DNA of 64,000 bases from Bacillota bacterium (GCA_023228885.1 JALOAJ010000003.1:15827-79826), one strand, 5' to 3'; positions 1 to 10,985 are shown, numbered from the stretch's first letter. Translations and numbers: made by a program. The notes: a model not told the origin generated them from the sequence alone.

Positions 1-2
1 TG

Positions 3-560
3 GATAAACGATATCAAATAGAAATTGCAGGGCTCACACGCAGTCTTCAGGTTTGTAAAGTGTCTGAAGGGCTTTCAATTGCAGCATTTGTTATTTTTGG
101 TGATGTGGAAATGACGGTGTCGGCAGCCCGTGAGCTTTTGAAAAAGGCTCCGCCTCACGACATTCTGATAACTGCTGAGGCAAAAGGAATACCGCTTGTT
201 CATGAGATGGCGCGGCAAGGGAATGAAAGCAGGTACATTATTGCAAGAAAAGCAATAAAGCTTTACATGAAAAACATATTCTCGGTTGAGGTTCAATCAA
301 TATCAACGGCGCGCAAACAGCAGCTATTTATTGATGGACAAGACGCGCAGCTTATGAACGGAAAAAAAGTGCTGATTATAGATGATGTTATCAGCACCGG
401 GGGTTCGTTGTTGGCAGTTGAAAAGCTTGTGAAAAAAGCAGGGGGAGAGGTTGTCGGCAAAATGGCAATACTTGCGGAGGGCGATGCAAAATATCGGGAC
501 GATATAATCACGCTTGCATACTTGCCGCTTTTGGATAACGAAGGAAACCCAATAAAATAA
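3..560 (+). CDS. type I phosphoribosyltransferase family protein (Apt/Xpt-like); 5' end cut by the window edge
   Basis: The frame is open back to base 3, with no stop upstream of the listed Met at 60, so the N-terminus lies outside the window. PRPP-binding loop VLIIDDVISTGGS is present. Confidence 0.7.
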   Translation, partial: DKRYQIEIAGLTRSLQVCKVSEGLSIAAFVIFGDVEMTVSAARELLKKAPPHDILITAEAKGIPLVHEMARQGNESRYIIARKAIKLYMKNIFSVEVQSISTARKQQLFIDGQDAQLMNGKKVLIIDDVISTGGSLLAVEKLVKKAGGEVVGKMAILAEGDAKYRDDIITLAYLPLLDNEGNPIK

Positions 561-574
561 GCTGCCAAGGTCAA

Positions 575-611
575 AACAATAGGGAAATATCATTGATATT
601 TCCCTATTGTT
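575..611. terminator. bidirectional hairpin between convergent genes
   Basis: Perfect 15-bp inverted repeat AACAATAGGGAAATA (575-589) / TATTTCCCTATTGTT (597-611) with a 7-nt loop. It lies between the + strand PRTase gene and the - strand small membrane protein gene. Confidence 0.6.
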
Positions 612-867
612 CGGATTTATGTTTTTTAAAATAGTAATCAAACGCCAACCCGCCGATAATTATTATTGCAGTTATTGAAACTGCGGCTTCTGAAATATAT
701 TTTGAAAGCAATGAAATATAAAAACTACCGTATTTTGCATGAACATTGAGCAGGTGCAAAGCAAGACCGACACACATAAGTAAACATGAAAGCCGCATTC
801 CGTATATAATGATACGGGAGGATATGTCGGATAACTCTTTGAATCTTCGATGAATTTTATTTATCAT
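604..867 (-). CDS. small hypothetical membrane protein (about 2 TM segments)
   Basis: 87-aa ORF. AGGGAGG lies 9 nt upstream of the ATG on the - strand. Two hydrophobic stretches (LSCLLMCVGLALHLL, AAVSITAIIIIGGLAF). Confidence 0.5.
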   Translation of the reverse strand: MINKIHRRFKELSDISSRIIIYGMRLSCLLMCVGLALHLLNVHAKYGSFYISLLSKYISEAAVSITAIIIIGGLAFDYYFKKHKSEQ

Positions 868-1026
868 GTTGGGCAGCCTCCCTTTTTATAAGAACATTTT
901 ATCACAAAATATGCATAAATGCAAGGAAAAATGATTGCCTGTTATGGCGCTTTTTGGCGCGTTTAAGGCATTTTATTAGAATATTCGCCTACAAATTTCG
1001 GGCGGGAAAGGCAGAAGATTACAAAC

Positions 1027-1806
1027 ATGGAAATCGGCATATCAACAGCTTGTTTTTATCCACTTTATACAGAAAAAACAATTCAAATAATATCAAATTT
1101 GGGTTGCGGGCTTTGCGAGGTTTTTTTGGAAGCCGAATATGAGTACAACAAAAGCTACATTGATATTTTAAAAGAAAAGATGAATTTTTATAATGTTCAA
1201 ACGCATAGTGTGCACGCCTTTTGCGCAACATTCGAACATCAGCTTTTTTCGGAATATGAGCGGCGCAGGCATGATGCGCTCAAAGTGTTTGAAAAGGTTC
1301 TGCAAGCGGCAGTTGGGGTGGGCGCACGCTCATACACTTTTCACGGTGACAAACGAAGTGACAGCTTTAACGAGATTGATTTTAAGCATTATTTAAGATG
1401 TCTTGATGAATTACTGCAAATGGCAAGCGCCTATAATATTGACCTTTCATGGGAAAATGTTGCATGGTGTCAAACATCCCGACCCGAGTTTATTGCAAAG
1501 GTAAAGGCGGATGCACCTTTGCTTAAGTTCACGCTTGATATTAAGCAAGCGCGCCGAGCAAATATTGACCCTAAAAAATATATTGATGTTATGGGCGGGC
1601 GTCTTATAAATGTTCATGTGAACGATTATAACGATGAAAACTCATGCATGCTGCCGGGCAGGGGAATGTTTGATTTTAAGGAGTTTTTTAAAACGCTAAG
1701 CGGCATAGGGTATAAAGGAAACGCCATAATTGAAGTTTATAGAACAAACTTTGAAAATCATGAGGAACTTAAATCATCGTTTGAGTATTTACAATCAACC
1801 ATATAA
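1027..1806 (+). CDS. sugar phosphate isomerase/epimerase family protein (xylose-isomerase-like TIM barrel)
   Basis: 259 aa. The layout is typical of the AP_endonuc_2/TIM-barrel family (YTFHG..., INVHVND..., AIIEVY). Substrate unknown. Confidence 0.7.
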   Translation: MEIGISTACFYPLYTEKTIQIISNLGCGLCEVFLEAEYEYNKSYIDILKEKMNFYNVQTHSVHAFCATFEHQLFSEYERRRHDALKVFEKVLQAAVGVGARSYTFHGDKRSDSFNEIDFKHYLRCLDELLQMASAYNIDLSWENVAWCQTSRPEFIAKVKADAPLLKFTLDIKQARRANIDPKKYIDVMGGRLINVHVNDYNDENSCMLPGRGMFDFKEFFKTLSGIGYKGNAIIEVYRTNFENHEELKSSFEYLQSTI

Positions 1807-1848
1807 TGGCGTATAATAAAATATGAAGGTAAGGAATTTAATTTTATA

Positions 1849-1873
1849 AGCGCTATGCTAAGCGCTGTTTATT
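1849..1873 (+). terminator. weak intrinsic terminator after the isomerase gene
   Basis: AGCGCT (1849-1854), loop atgcta, AGCGCT (1861-1866), followed by gtttatt. Confidence 0.4.
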
Positions 1874-1956
1874 CATATCAAATATTTTTGATGTGTTTTA
1901 CTATACACTTCAAATTATAAGGATAAACTTATTGGTAGACTTATTAAACTAAACTC

Positions 1957-1985
1957 TTGTATAAACTTTCCTGCTATGCTATAAT
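1957..1985 (+). promoter_or_regulatory. sigma-A type promoter for pheST
   Basis: TTGTAT (1957-1962), 17-nt spacer, TATAAT (1980-1985). It sits about 36 nt upstream of the pheS start. Confidence 0.5.
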
Positions 1986-2021
1986 AGGCGTGTTGAATAA
2001 TTGATTTAACTTCAGAAAGCG

Positions 2022-3050
2022 GTGTTACGGTTGAAACAGCAGTTGAACGAAATAAAGGGCTTGGCATTGGATGCGCTTGCCTGCATAACATCTAAACAGC
2101 AGCTTGAAAGCTTTCGTGTAGAGTTTTTAGGCAAAAAGGGAAGGTTGACGCAGGTGCTCAGGGGCATGGGGTCGGTTTCACCTGAGCAGCGTCCGATAAT
2201 AGGGCAGCTTGCCAATGATATAAGGCTTTTTATCGAAGAACAGATGGATACTTTACTGTTGCAGCTTGAAGCAAATGAACTTGAGGTCAAGCTGTTGCAA
2301 GAAAAGATTGATGTTACCATGCCGGGTAAACGGCAGCGAATTGGGAAAAAACATCCTCTCACAACCGTTTTAGATGAACTTGTTGATATATTTATCGGTA
2401 TGGGCTTTACCATTGCGGAAGGCCCCGAGGTGGAGCTTGATTATTATAATTTTGAAGCGTTAAACCTACCCAAAGGGCACCCTGCACGCGATACGCAAGA
2501 TACTTTTTATATTAGCGACAATGTGTTGTTGCGAACGCAAACATCACCAGTCCAAATCAGGGTGATGGAAAAGAAAAAGCCGCCGATTAAAATTATTGCA
2601 CCGGGGCGTGTTTACCGTAGTGACACGGTCGATGCAACACATTCGCCTTTATTTCATCAAATAGAAGGATTGGTTGTTGACAAGGGTATAACAATGGCGG
2701 ACCTTAAAGGAACGCTTGAAATTCTTTGTAAAAAGCTTTACGGCAACGACACAAAAGTGAGGTTTAGACCCCATCATTTTCCCTTTACCGAACCAAGCTG
2801 CGAGCTTGATATTTTATGCCCTTCATGCAACGGCAGCGGTTGCCGAGTTTGCAAAAGCGAAGGTTGGATAGAAATTTTGGGTGCCGGAATGGTGCATCCG
2901 CGTGTTTTGGAAAGATGCGGAATCAATCCGGAAATATATAGCGGATTTGCTTTCGGCATTGGTCTTGAACGCATAACAATGCGCAGGTATGGAATATATG
3001 ATTTAAGGCTGTTTTTTGAAAATGACTTAAGGTTTTTGCAGCAGTTTTAA
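2022..3050 (+). CDS. pheS: phenylalanine--tRNA ligase alpha subunit
   Basis: 342 aa. Class II aaRS motifs are present ([48 protein letters not shown]). The start is GTG 2022 or in-frame TTG 2031. Confidence 0.95.
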   Translation: MLRLKQQLNEIKGLALDALACITSKQQLESFRVEFLGKKGRLTQVLRGMGSVSPEQRPIIGQLANDIRLFIEEQMDTLLLQLEANELEVKLLQEKIDVTMPGKRQRIGKKHPLTTVLDELVDIFIGMGFTIAEGPEVELDYYNFEALNLPKGHPARDTQDTFYISDNVLLRTQTSPVQIRVMEKKKPPIKIIAPGRVYRSDTVDATHSPLFHQIEGLVVDKGITMADLKGTLEILCKKLYGNDTKVRFRPHHFPFTEPSCELDILCPSCNGSGCRVCKSEGWIEILGAGMVHPRVLERCGINPEIYSGFAFGIGLERITMRRYGIYDLRLFFENDLRFLQQF

Positions 3051-3071
3051 TAATAGGAGGGTTATTAGGCA

Positions 3072-5420
3072 ATGAAAGCACCGTTTAGTTGGATAAACGA
3101 ATATGTTAAAATAGATGATATTACCCCGAAACAATACGCCCATGCCATGACAATGAGCGGGTCTAAGGTTGAAAGCATTGAAACGCAGGGAGAAAATATT
3201 ATCGGGGTTGTAACGGGTAAAATATTAAAAATTGAGCGTCATCCGAATGCTGATAAGCTTGTGGTTTGTCAGGTTGATATAGGGGATGAGGTTTTACAAA
3301 TTATAACGGGCGCCGACAACATGAAGGAGGGGGATTTTGTTGCAGTTGCAACGGATGGTTCAACCCTCCCGGGCGGTAAAATTAAAAAAGGCAAATTGCG
3401 AGGCGTTGAAAGCTGCGGCATGATGTGCTCGGAGGACGAGCTTGGTTTGCAGCAAGAGCGTGCGGAAGGAATTATGGTTTGGCAAACAGAAACACCTCTT
3501 GGCGTTGACATCAAAAGTTATTTGGGGCTTAACGAAACGATTGTTGAGTTTGAAATAACATCTAACCGCCCTGATTGTTTATCGATAATAGGCTTGGCAA
3601 GGGAAACCGCCGCTACTTTTGCGCGTGAATTTGCCGTAAAAACGCCTGTTGTTTCTGAAAAAAATGACAATATAGAAAACTATATAAAAGTTAGGGTTGA
3701 AAATGAAAAACTATGTCCGCGATATAGCTGTCGTGCTGTAAAAAATATAAAGATTGAGCATTCACCCGAATGGATGCAAAAGCGGCTTGAAGGCTGCGGA
3801 ATTCGCCCTATAAATAATATAGTGGATATAACTAATTATGTAATGTTGGAATACGGACAACCCATGCATGCCTTTGATTTGCGGATGATAGGCGGCAAAG
3901 AAATAATTGTGCGCACCGCAACAGAAGGCGAGCCGATGAAAACGCTTGATGAACAAGAGCATTTGCTTGACGGTAACATGCTTGTTATTGCCGATTGCAG
4001 CAAACCGATTGCTATTGCCGGCGTTATGGGCGGCGAAAATAGCGAAATTCAAAATGACACAACAACGGTGATTTTTGAAAGCGCTAATTTTAACGGAGAA
4101 TCGGTTAGAAGCGCCGCTAAAAAACTGGGCATGCGAACGGAATCATCCGCGCGTTTTGAAAAGGGGCTTGACGCCCACAATACTGTGGCGGCTGTAAACC
4201 GTGCCTGTGAGCTGATATGCGAACTTGGCGCAGGCGAAGTGGTTGATGGTATGATTGATGTTTGCGCGCCTTTTGAACCGGAAAGAAAGATTCCTTTGAA
4301 TGTTGAAAAAATAAATAGTTTTTTGGGAACAAATATAGAAAAGGAATTTATTATATCTTCGCTTGAATCCCTTGGATTTACCGTTGAAAACAATTTGATT
4401 GCCGTGCCGTCATTCCGCGGGGATGTGGAGGGTGAAGCGGATATAGCGGAGGAAGTAGCGCGGATATATGGATATGATAAAATTCCATCATCTTTAAATA
4501 CCGGCGAAACAACGCTTGGCGGCAAAAATGATAAGCAAAGCGCGGAGGATTTGGTAAAGACCACGCTTACATCGCTTGGCTTTTATGAGATTATCACATA
4601 TTCGTTGATAAACCCAAAAATGTTTGACAAAATGCGCATTGAAAAGATGGGCTACATTGAGCTTTTAAACCCGCTTGGCAAGGAACTTAGTATTCTTAGA
4701 ACACAGGCGCTCGGTTCGGCGTTAGAGGTGCTATCTACAAACTATAACAGGCGGGTTGACGGCGCATCCTTGTTCGAGCTTGCCACAACATACCAAAAAG
4801 GCGGCGATGACGGGCTTGCAATTGAAAAACAACAGGTTATAATTGCAATGTATGGCAACGAAGTTGATTTTTACGATATTAAAGGCGCAACGGAACAGCT
4901 TTTTGATGCATTTGGAATAGCGAATTATAAAACGCAGCAGCATGCAGACCCTGTTTTCCATGATGGACAAACTGCAATTATAAGCGTTAAAAACCAGCAA
5001 GCCGCAGTTTTAGGGCGAATTCACCCAACAGTGCAAAAGAACTTTGAAATAGGCGCCGACTGCTATGCGGCGGTGATTGATTTTGATATGCTTTTAAAAT
5101 TCAAAGATTTAGATATAAAGTTTAAACATTTGCCTAAATATCCTGCCGTTACGCGTGATATTGCAATAACGGTATCAAATGAGATAAGCGTTGGGCAAAT
5201 TGAAGAAGTTTTTAACAAATTCAAAAGCGGCATAGTTGAAAAATACAACCTTTTTGATGTTTATCAAGGCGAACAAATTGAAAAGGGCAAGAAAAGCGTT
5301 GCCTATGCCTTGACGCTAAGGTCAGCGGATAAAACATTAAAAGATGAAGAAGTAAATAAAGTTTTAGACGCTATTTTAAAGGAATTAAAGCGTAAATTTT
5401 CTGCCGAGCAACGGCTGTAA
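3072..5420 (+). CDS. pheT: phenylalanine--tRNA ligase beta subunit
   Basis: 782 aa. N-terminal tRNA-binding OB fold ([15 protein letters not shown]), then B3/4 and B5 regions and a C-terminal FDX-ACB-like domain. It directly follows pheS. Confidence 0.95.
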   Translation: MKAPFSWINEYVKIDDITPKQYAHAMTMSGSKVESIETQGENIIGVVTGKILKIERHPNADKLVVCQVDIGDEVLQIITGADNMKEGDFVAVATDGSTLPGGKIKKGKLRGVESCGMMCSEDELGLQQERAEGIMVWQTETPLGVDIKSYLGLNETIVEFEITSNRPDCLSIIGLARETAATFAREFAVKTPVVSEKNDNIENYIKVRVENEKLCPRYSCRAVKNIKIEHSPEWMQKRLEGCGIRPINNIVDITNYVMLEYGQPMHAFDLRMIGGKEIIVRTATEGEPMKTLDEQEHLLDGNMLVIADCSKPIAIAGVMGGENSEIQNDTTTVIFESANFNGESVRSAAKKLGMRTESSARFEKGLDAHNTVAAVNRACELICELGAGEVVDGMIDVCAPFEPERKIPLNVEKINSFLGTNIEKEFIISSLESLGFTVENNLIAVPSFRGDVEGEADIAEEVARIYGYDKIPSSLNTGETTLGGKNDKQSAEDLVKTTLTSLGFYEIITYSLINPKMFDKMRIEKMGYIELLNPLGKELSILRTQALGSALEVLSTNYNRRVDGASLFELATTYQKGGDDGLAIEKQQVIIAMYGNEVDFYDIKGATEQLFDAFGIANYKTQQHADPVFHDGQTAIISVKNQQAAVLGRIHPTVQKNFEIGADCYAAVIDFDMLLKFKDLDIKFKHLPKYPAVTRDIAITVSNEISVGQIEEVFNKFKSGIVEKYNLFDVYQGEQIEKGKKSVAYALTLRSADKTLKDEEVNKVLDAILKELKRKFSAEQRL

Positions 5421-5479
5421 ATAAAAGGACAGGCACTTTTGATGTTTTAACCAGCCTTAAATTAGGAGTGATATGCAAT

Positions 5480-5725
5480 ATGGATGAAACAAGAAAAATC
5501 CCAAGACACGGCAATACCGAAAATGAGGCAAAAACAATTATCTTGGCAGTGTATCAAGCCCTTAAAAAAAAGGGTTATAACCCAATAAGCCAAATGGTGG
5601 GTTATATCCTGTCGGGAGATCCAACCTACATTACAAGTCACGATGGAGCGCGGGCGTTGATTAGAAAAATCGAACGCGATGAGCTTTTAGAAGAACTTGT
5701 ACAAAGCTATGTAGACAAAAAATAA
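5480..5725 (+). CDS. ireB: IreB/UPF0297 family regulatory phosphoprotein
   Basis: Conserved [48 protein letters not shown] lies 11 nt upstream of ATG 5480. The track ORF begins at GTG 5468. Confidence 0.75.
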   Translation: MDETRKIPRHGNTENEAKTIILAVYQALKKKGYNPISQMVGYILSGDPTYITSHDGARALIRKIERDELLEELVQSYVDKK

Positions 5726-5726
5726 A

Positions 5727-7271
5727 ATGCCGGCGGAATTAGAGGGTGGAAGATTGAATAAGGCGGTTAGAACGGTTGGCTTTATTGCTTTTGCAACATT
5801 TCTGTCAAAAGCAATGGGCATGATGCGGGATGTTATCCTTGCGCACGAATATGGCACAAGCGCGCTTTTGGATGCGTATATGGCAGCAAGCAGGATACCT
5901 GTTTTGTTTTTTGATTTCACATTGGGAGCAGCAATTGTTTCAACATTTATCCCGGTTTTTAACAGCTATTTGCGGCGTGATGAAAAGGTGCATGCAAATG
6001 ACTTTGCCAACAGCTTTATAAATTTAGTGTTGGCGGTTTCAGCATTTTTTGCGATTGTTGGAATGGTTTTTTCAGGTTTTATCGTAGGCGTTACCGCACC
6101 CGGCTTTTCCCCGGAAATACAGGATATCACATCAAAACTTCTGATTATAATGCTGCCCTCGATTGTTTTTACCACGCTTGCATATTCCATGGTGGGGATT
6201 TTACAATCAAACGGAGAGTATAACATTCCTGCAATAATCAGCCTTGTTTCAAACACCGTTGTTATAATATATTTAGTCTTTTTAAATAAAAGGTTCGGTA
6301 TATACGGCGTTGCAGTTGCAATGCTGATTGGCTGGGCGCTGCAAGCGGTTGTTCAAGTGCCTTCGCTTATAAAAAAGAAATTTCGTTATAAATTTATTTT
6401 AGATTTAAAAAACGAAGGTATAAAAGATGTATTTTTATTGGCTGTTCCTGTGCTTATCAGCACTTGGCTTCAACCAATATGTGTGCTTATAAATACCATT
6501 TTCGCATCATTTCTTGAAACAGGCTCGGTAGCGGCATTGGAGCTTGCCAATAGGTTATACATAATAGTTACCGGCATTTTTGTTTTTGCGATAACCAATT
6601 ACATATTTCCTTCACTTTCGCGGCTTAGCGAAAAGAGAAGCATACCCGCCTTTGTGAATGTTATGAAAAAATCGTTAGCCTCTATGTTGGTTATAATAGC
6701 GCCGATAGCGGCAGGCATGATGCTTTTATCAAAAGAAATTATTTTAATAGTGTATGCACGAGGTCAATTTGACGAAAAATCGGTTGCTTTTACAAGCACA
6801 GCTTTATTTTTTTATTGCATCGGCATGTTGCCGTTTGGGGTAAACGAAATATTGGGCAAATGTTTTTATGCGCTGCAAGATGGCAAAACTCCCATGGTAT
6901 CAACCATTTTTGGCATTATAACAGCGGTGTTGTTCGCATTTATAACCACCCGCTTTTTTCATATGGGAATAGGCGGGCTGGCGCTTAGCGCATCAATTGC
7001 GGTGATGGTTGTGTCTGTTTTGCTTATATATAAGATGAACAAAGGCGATTATAAATTCATAAACAAAAATGCAGTTATTTTTTCAGCCAAGATAGCGCTT
7101 GCCGTTTTGCTGTGCACAGGCGGGGGCGCTGCGGCGAAAAATTTAACCGCACGCTTTGGTGTATGGGTGCAAACCTTTACAGCAGTATTGGCGGCAGCGG
7201 TGATATATGCGGCGTTTTTATATCTTTTTAAAATTGAAAAATACCTCAAAGGGGCTGTAAACAATGGTTGA
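5727..7271 (+). CDS. murJ: lipid II flippase MurJ (MviN family)
   Basis: 514 aa and polytopic. N-terminal signature LSKAMGMMRDVILAHEYGTSALLDAYMAASRIP. Confidence 0.9.
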   Translation: MPAELEGGRLNKAVRTVGFIAFATFLSKAMGMMRDVILAHEYGTSALLDAYMAASRIPVLFFDFTLGAAIVSTFIPVFNSYLRRDEKVHANDFANSFINLVLAVSAFFAIVGMVFSGFIVGVTAPGFSPEIQDITSKLLIIMLPSIVFTTLAYSMVGILQSNGEYNIPAIISLVSNTVVIIYLVFLNKRFGIYGVAVAMLIGWALQAVVQVPSLIKKKFRYKFILDLKNEGIKDVFLLAVPVLISTWLQPICVLINTIFASFLETGSVAALELANRLYIIVTGIFVFAITNYIFPSLSRLSEKRSIPAFVNVMKKSLASMLVIIAPIAAGMMLLSKEIILIVYARGQFDEKSVAFTSTALFFYCIGMLPFGVNEILGKCFYALQDGKTPMVSTIFGIITAVLFAFITTRFFHMGIGGLALSASIAVMVVSVLLIYKMNKGDYKFINKNAVIFSAKIALAVLLCTGGGAAAKNLTARFGVWVQTFTAVLAAAVIYAAFLYLFKIEKYLKGAVNNG

Positions 7272-8778
7272 AATTTACAGAAACAGTTTTATATATAAGA
7301 TTTTATCCTTGATTTCGGTCGGCTGGCAACAAAGCCTAATTAGAAAGGCGCTTGTAAACAACACAAGCGATGAAAGGGTAGAAAACAGTTTTGTTTTTCG
7401 TCTGCTAAACGGTTTTTTAGCCTTTTTTACGAAAAAAAGCAACTTGGTAAAATGCGATGTTGTTTCGGAAAGTTTTTTTGTTTCCAAAATAACTTATTTT
7501 AAAAATCAAGCGGCAAAAGCCTTTAAAACCTCTATCACCGGTTGGTTATTTGAAAGTTTTACCGATTGGAATATCGGATGTAAAGATATTAAGCTTTACA
7601 CAACTTTCACTTTTGTTTTATTGTTTGCCGCCCCCATTATTCCTACAATGATTTGTGCCGTTATTGCGTTTTCAGCTTTGATTTTATTTGGGATTGACCG
7701 TTTAAAAACAAACAAGCTTCAAAAAAATGCAGATTCTTTAGAGTTTTTAATAATTTTGCTTGCTTTTATATTTGGTTTATATGCTATTTTTTCGCTTACG
7801 CCGCAAAAAAGCATTCAAATATGGTTGATTTATTTGATATTTATGATGTCCTATTTTTTAATAAAAGATAGCGCCAACACGCAGGACAAGCTTTTTAAGT
7901 TTGCGGCAATCATTGTGTTTTCAGGCTTTTTTGTATCGCTTTACGGAATTTACCAAAGGTTTTTTGGAAGTAATATCGGTCACGCATGGCTTGATGAGGA
8001 AATGTTTGGAGATATTGCGCTTAGGGTTTATTCAACATTGGAAAATCCTAATGTGCTTGGTGAATTTTTACTGCTTGTTATACCTGTTTGCGCTGCAATT
8101 TTATGGACTCGAAAAAAGCTGCTGCCCCGTATATTTTACGGCGGCGTGCTTGCCACCATGCTGCTTTGCATGTTGTTTACACAATCAAGAGGCTGTTGGC
8201 TTGGGCTTATTTTGGCAGTTGCGGTTTTTGCCGCGCTAAATGACAAACGGCTTGTTATTTTAGGTTTGGCGGCAATAGCTATAATGCCCTTTGTTTTGCC
8301 GAGCAGCGTTATTGCTCGCTTTACCAGCATTGGGAATGTCAACGATTCTTCAACATCCTACCGTCTTTTTATATGGTATGGCACAATTAACATGTTGCGT
8401 GATTTTGGAATATACGGTATCGGTTTAGGCAGTGATGCATTTAATAAAATTTATCCTTTTTACTCATATAGTGCGGTTCATGCGCCGCATTCGCATAATC
8501 TTTATCTTCAGTTGTTGTGTGAAACCGGAATTGTCGGCTTGTTGACCTTTATAATTATTGTAATTATTGCGTTAAAAAAGATGTTGCTTGGTCACTTTGT
8601 TAAAAAAGACACCTTTCCCGCCGTCCTATCGACTGCCGTAACAGCCGGAGTATTAGGCTTTATGCTTCAAGGCGCTTTCGATTATGTGTGGTATAATTAT
8701 AGGGTGTTTTTAATATTTTGGATGATGCTGGCAATTGGCGCATCAGCCGCCCGCTTGCAAAAAAAACAGGAGGTATGA
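7264..8778 (+). CDS. O-antigen ligase/polymerase (Wzy_C) family membrane protein
   Basis: 504 aa, about 10-12 TM segments, with a loop motif ...HAPHSHNLYLQLLCETGIVGL. The ATG overlaps the murJ stop (ATGGTTGA). Confidence 0.8.
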   Translation: MVEIYRNSFIYKILSLISVGWQQSLIRKALVNNTSDERVENSFVFRLLNGFLAFFTKKSNLVKCDVVSESFFVSKITYFKNQAAKAFKTSITGWLFESFTDWNIGCKDIKLYTTFTFVLLFAAPIIPTMICAVIAFSALILFGIDRLKTNKLQKNADSLEFLIILLAFIFGLYAIFSLTPQKSIQIWLIYLIFMMSYFLIKDSANTQDKLFKFAAIIVFSGFFVSLYGIYQRFFGSNIGHAWLDEEMFGDIALRVYSTLENPNVLGEFLLLVIPVCAAILWTRKKLLPRIFYGGVLATMLLCMLFTQSRGCWLGLILAVAVFAALNDKRLVILGLAAIAIMPFVLPSSVIARFTSIGNVNDSSTSYRLFIWYGTINMLRDFGIYGIGLGSDAFNKIYPFYSYSAVHAPHSHNLYLQLLCETGIVGLLTFIIIVIIALKKMLLGHFVKKDTFPAVLSTAVTAGVLGFMLQGAFDYVWYNYRVFLIFWMMLAIGASAARLQKKQEV

Positions 8779-9905
8779 TTAAACTGATTAAATTAGTTCA
8801 TGTGATAAGTGACACTAATATTGGAGGTGCAGGCAAGTATCTGTTGACATATTTAGAAAATTGCGATACCAAAGCTTTTAAAGTTTCGGTGGTTTTACCA
8901 AAAGGCAGTAAGCTTGAACCGGAGGTAAAAAAGCTGGGCTTTAAGGTAATTACTTCAAGCGGAATTGCAGATAAGTCGGTAAGTTTACCCGCTGTTTTTG
9001 AACTGTATAAAATATTTAAAAAAGAAAAACCCGATATGGTGCATACCCATGCAACCCTTTCAGCACGAGTTGCGGCACGGTTTGCCGGGGTTTGGAACAT
9101 TACTTACACACGGCACAGCGTTTTTCCGCAAAAACAATATTTGACGCGGGGAATAGGCAAAAAGCTTAGCGGGCTTGCCGCAAAAGTTTTTTCTGACGAA
9201 ATTATAGCGGTTGCCAAAGCGGCAAGGCAAAATCTAACGGATACCGGGGTGGACCGAAGCAAAATATCGGTTATATATAACGGTGTAAATAAAATTGTTG
9301 AATTATCGGATGATGAAAAGGCAAAAGTTAAAGAAAAGTTTTGTGTGGCGCCGGACGAGTTTGTTGTGGCCATAATTGCACGGCTGGAATTGGTAAAAGG
9401 GCATGAATACTTTATAAAGGCGGCGCAAGAGGTTAAAAAAGCGGGCATTAAGGCAAAGTTTTTTATAGCGGGAACGGGGGAGCGTGAGCAGGCGTTAAAA
9501 CAACTTGTAAAAAGCATGGGGCTTGGCGATACTGTGTTTTTTACAGGCTTTTTAAATAATATTTACGAGCTTGAAAATGTAATGGATATTCAAGTGAACG
9601 CATCTTTTGGAACGGAGGCTGCAAGCCTTTCTCTGCTTGAGGGAATGAGCATCGGAAAGTGTGCTGTTGTAAGCGACTTCGGCGGAAACCCCGAAATTAT
9701 CGAGGATGGGGTTAATGGCTTTGTGGTTTCGCAAAAAGACTCAAAAGCAATAGCCGAAAAAATAATAAAGCTCTTATCAGACGAAAAACTGCGAAATGCA
9801 ATGTCGCAGAATGCTTTAAAGGTTTTTGAAAAGCGTTTTACATCACGCATTATGACGAGCAACATGGAAGAATTCTATAAAAGGATAACAGAAAGAAGGG
9901 TATAA
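8775..9905 (+). CDS. glycosyltransferase family 4 (GT-B, group 1)
   Basis: Begins MIKLIKLVHVISDTNIGGAGKYL. C-terminal EAASLSLLEGMSIGKCAVVSDFGGNPEII matches the EX7E-type motif. AGGAGG precedes ATG 8775, which overlaps the upstream stop (ATGA). Confidence 0.85.
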   Translation: MIKLIKLVHVISDTNIGGAGKYLLTYLENCDTKAFKVSVVLPKGSKLEPEVKKLGFKVITSSGIADKSVSLPAVFELYKIFKKEKPDMVHTHATLSARVAARFAGVWNITYTRHSVFPQKQYLTRGIGKKLSGLAAKVFSDEIIAVAKAARQNLTDTGVDRSKISVIYNGVNKIVELSDDEKAKVKEKFCVAPDEFVVAIIARLELVKGHEYFIKAAQEVKKAGIKAKFFIAGTGEREQALKQLVKSMGLGDTVFFTGFLNNIYELENVMDIQVNASFGTEAASLSLLEGMSIGKCAVVSDFGGNPEIIEDGVNGFVVSQKDSKAIAEKIIKLLSDEKLRNAMSQNALKVFEKRFTSRIMTSNMEEFYKRITERRV

Positions 9906-9906
9906 A

Positions 9907-10389
9907 GTGAAGGGAAAATTCAGTAAATTTGATATTGTTGTAATCCTTGCGGTTATAGCTGTAATTGCGGTTGGCGGTTACTATTATTTTGGGAAAGAAA
10001 GTAAAAGCCTATCCCATGCAAACACCGAGATAGAGTTTGATGTTGCGGCGCTCAATTTGTCTTTGCAAGAGGCGCAAAGCTTTAAAGAGCAAGAAGGCGG
10101 CAGCGTTATATTTGGGAAGACAAACATGGGCGTTGGCAAGATAAAAAGCGTAAAGATTGAGCCTTACAGCATTCTTGCAAAAGACATTATAAATGGCGAG
10201 CGCCGTTGGGTTGACCATCCTGAAAATTATCAGGCAATAGTTACGATTGAAAAAAAGGTGTTGGAAACGGACGATGTGTTTATAGGGGACAAGGAAGAAA
10301 TACGAATTGGCGAGCTTACCCCTATAAAAGGCAAGGGATTTGGCTGTTCAAGCTGCTATGTAACAGACTTAAGAGTGCTTGAAAATTAA
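9907..10389 (+). CDS. N-terminally membrane-anchored hypothetical protein (recalls DUF4330)
   Basis: 160 aa with a single N-terminal TM segment (FDIVVILAVIAVIAVGGYYYF). It is a paralog of the next ORF. The family assignment is from memory only. Confidence 0.5.
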   Translation: MKGKFSKFDIVVILAVIAVIAVGGYYYFGKESKSLSHANTEIEFDVAALNLSLQEAQSFKEQEGGSVIFGKTNMGVGKIKSVKIEPYSILAKDIINGERRWVDHPENYQAIVTIEKKVLETDDVFIGDKEEIRIGELTPIKGKGFGCSSCYVTDLRVLEN

Positions 10390-10416
10390 ACGGAACTTAG
10401 AAAGGGTTGATTTTAA

Positions 10417-10914
10417 ATGTCGAATAAAAAGCCGTTTGGAAAATTTAATGTTATTGATTTGGCAGTAGTTATAGCCATCCTTATTATTGCGGCAGGCGTT
10501 TATGTTCGGTTTTTCGGAAGCCCCACAAAAACGGTTGTGCAAAGCACAGATTTCTTTTACACCTTCGAAGTTAAAAGCATACGAGAAAGCAATTTGATAG
10601 GTCTTGAAAAAAGCATAAACGGCAAAATTTATTTAAACGAAAAAATAACAAGCGACATGGGAACTTTGTTAAAGGTTGAATCAAAGCCCGCTGTTGACCT
10701 GCTGGAAACCGCCGATGGGAAGCAGGTTTTAGTAAACATTCCGGAACGATTTGATGCAGTTTTAACCATCAAGCTGAACGGGCGAATCAATGAAAGCGGC
10801 TTTTTTACCCCAACACTAAAACATATAAGCGCGGGAATTGAATATAACATTAAAAGCAAATGGAGTGCGGTATTCGGCAAGGTTTTAAGAGTTAGGCAAG
10901 AGGATGCCGCCTAA
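10417..10914 (+). CDS. N-terminally membrane-anchored hypothetical protein (recalls DUF4330)
   Basis: 165 aa. It has the same architecture as the preceding ORF (FNVIDLAVVIAILIIAAGVYVRFF). Confidence 0.5.
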   Translation: MSNKKPFGKFNVIDLAVVIAILIIAAGVYVRFFGSPTKTVVQSTDFFYTFEVKSIRESNLIGLEKSINGKIYLNEKITSDMGTLLKVESKPAVDLLETADGKQVLVNIPERFDAVLTIKLNGRINESGFFTPTLKHISAGIEYNIKSKWSAVFGKVLRVRQEDAA

Positions 10915-10935
10915 TATCCGTTATATCCATAAACG

Positions 10936-10985
10936 CAATTTCAAAACACCTTGCATATAATTAATGTGCATAGGTGTTTTTGCTT
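10936..10985. repeat. copy A of a ~48-bp direct repeat containing a terminator hairpin
   Basis: caatttcaaaacaccttgcatataattaatgtgcataggtgtttttgctt recurs at 11692-11739 with a 1-nt indel and a few substitutions. Confidence 0.85.
10943..10982. terminator. bidirectional intrinsic terminator (hairpin A)
   Basis: AAAACACCT (10943-10951) pairs with AGGTGTTTT (10972-10980). There is an A-run on the 5' side and a T-run on the 3' side. It sits between the convergent DUF4330-like and XRE genes. Confidence 0.6.

Noticed and set aside
1807-2021. Possible T-box riboswitch upstream of pheS
   Set aside because: There is no T-box consensus (GGTGGTACCGCG-like), no specifier-loop architecture and no terminator/antiterminator pair. 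The region contains a simple terminator for the upstream gene and a TTGTAT-17-TATAAT promoter close to pheS.
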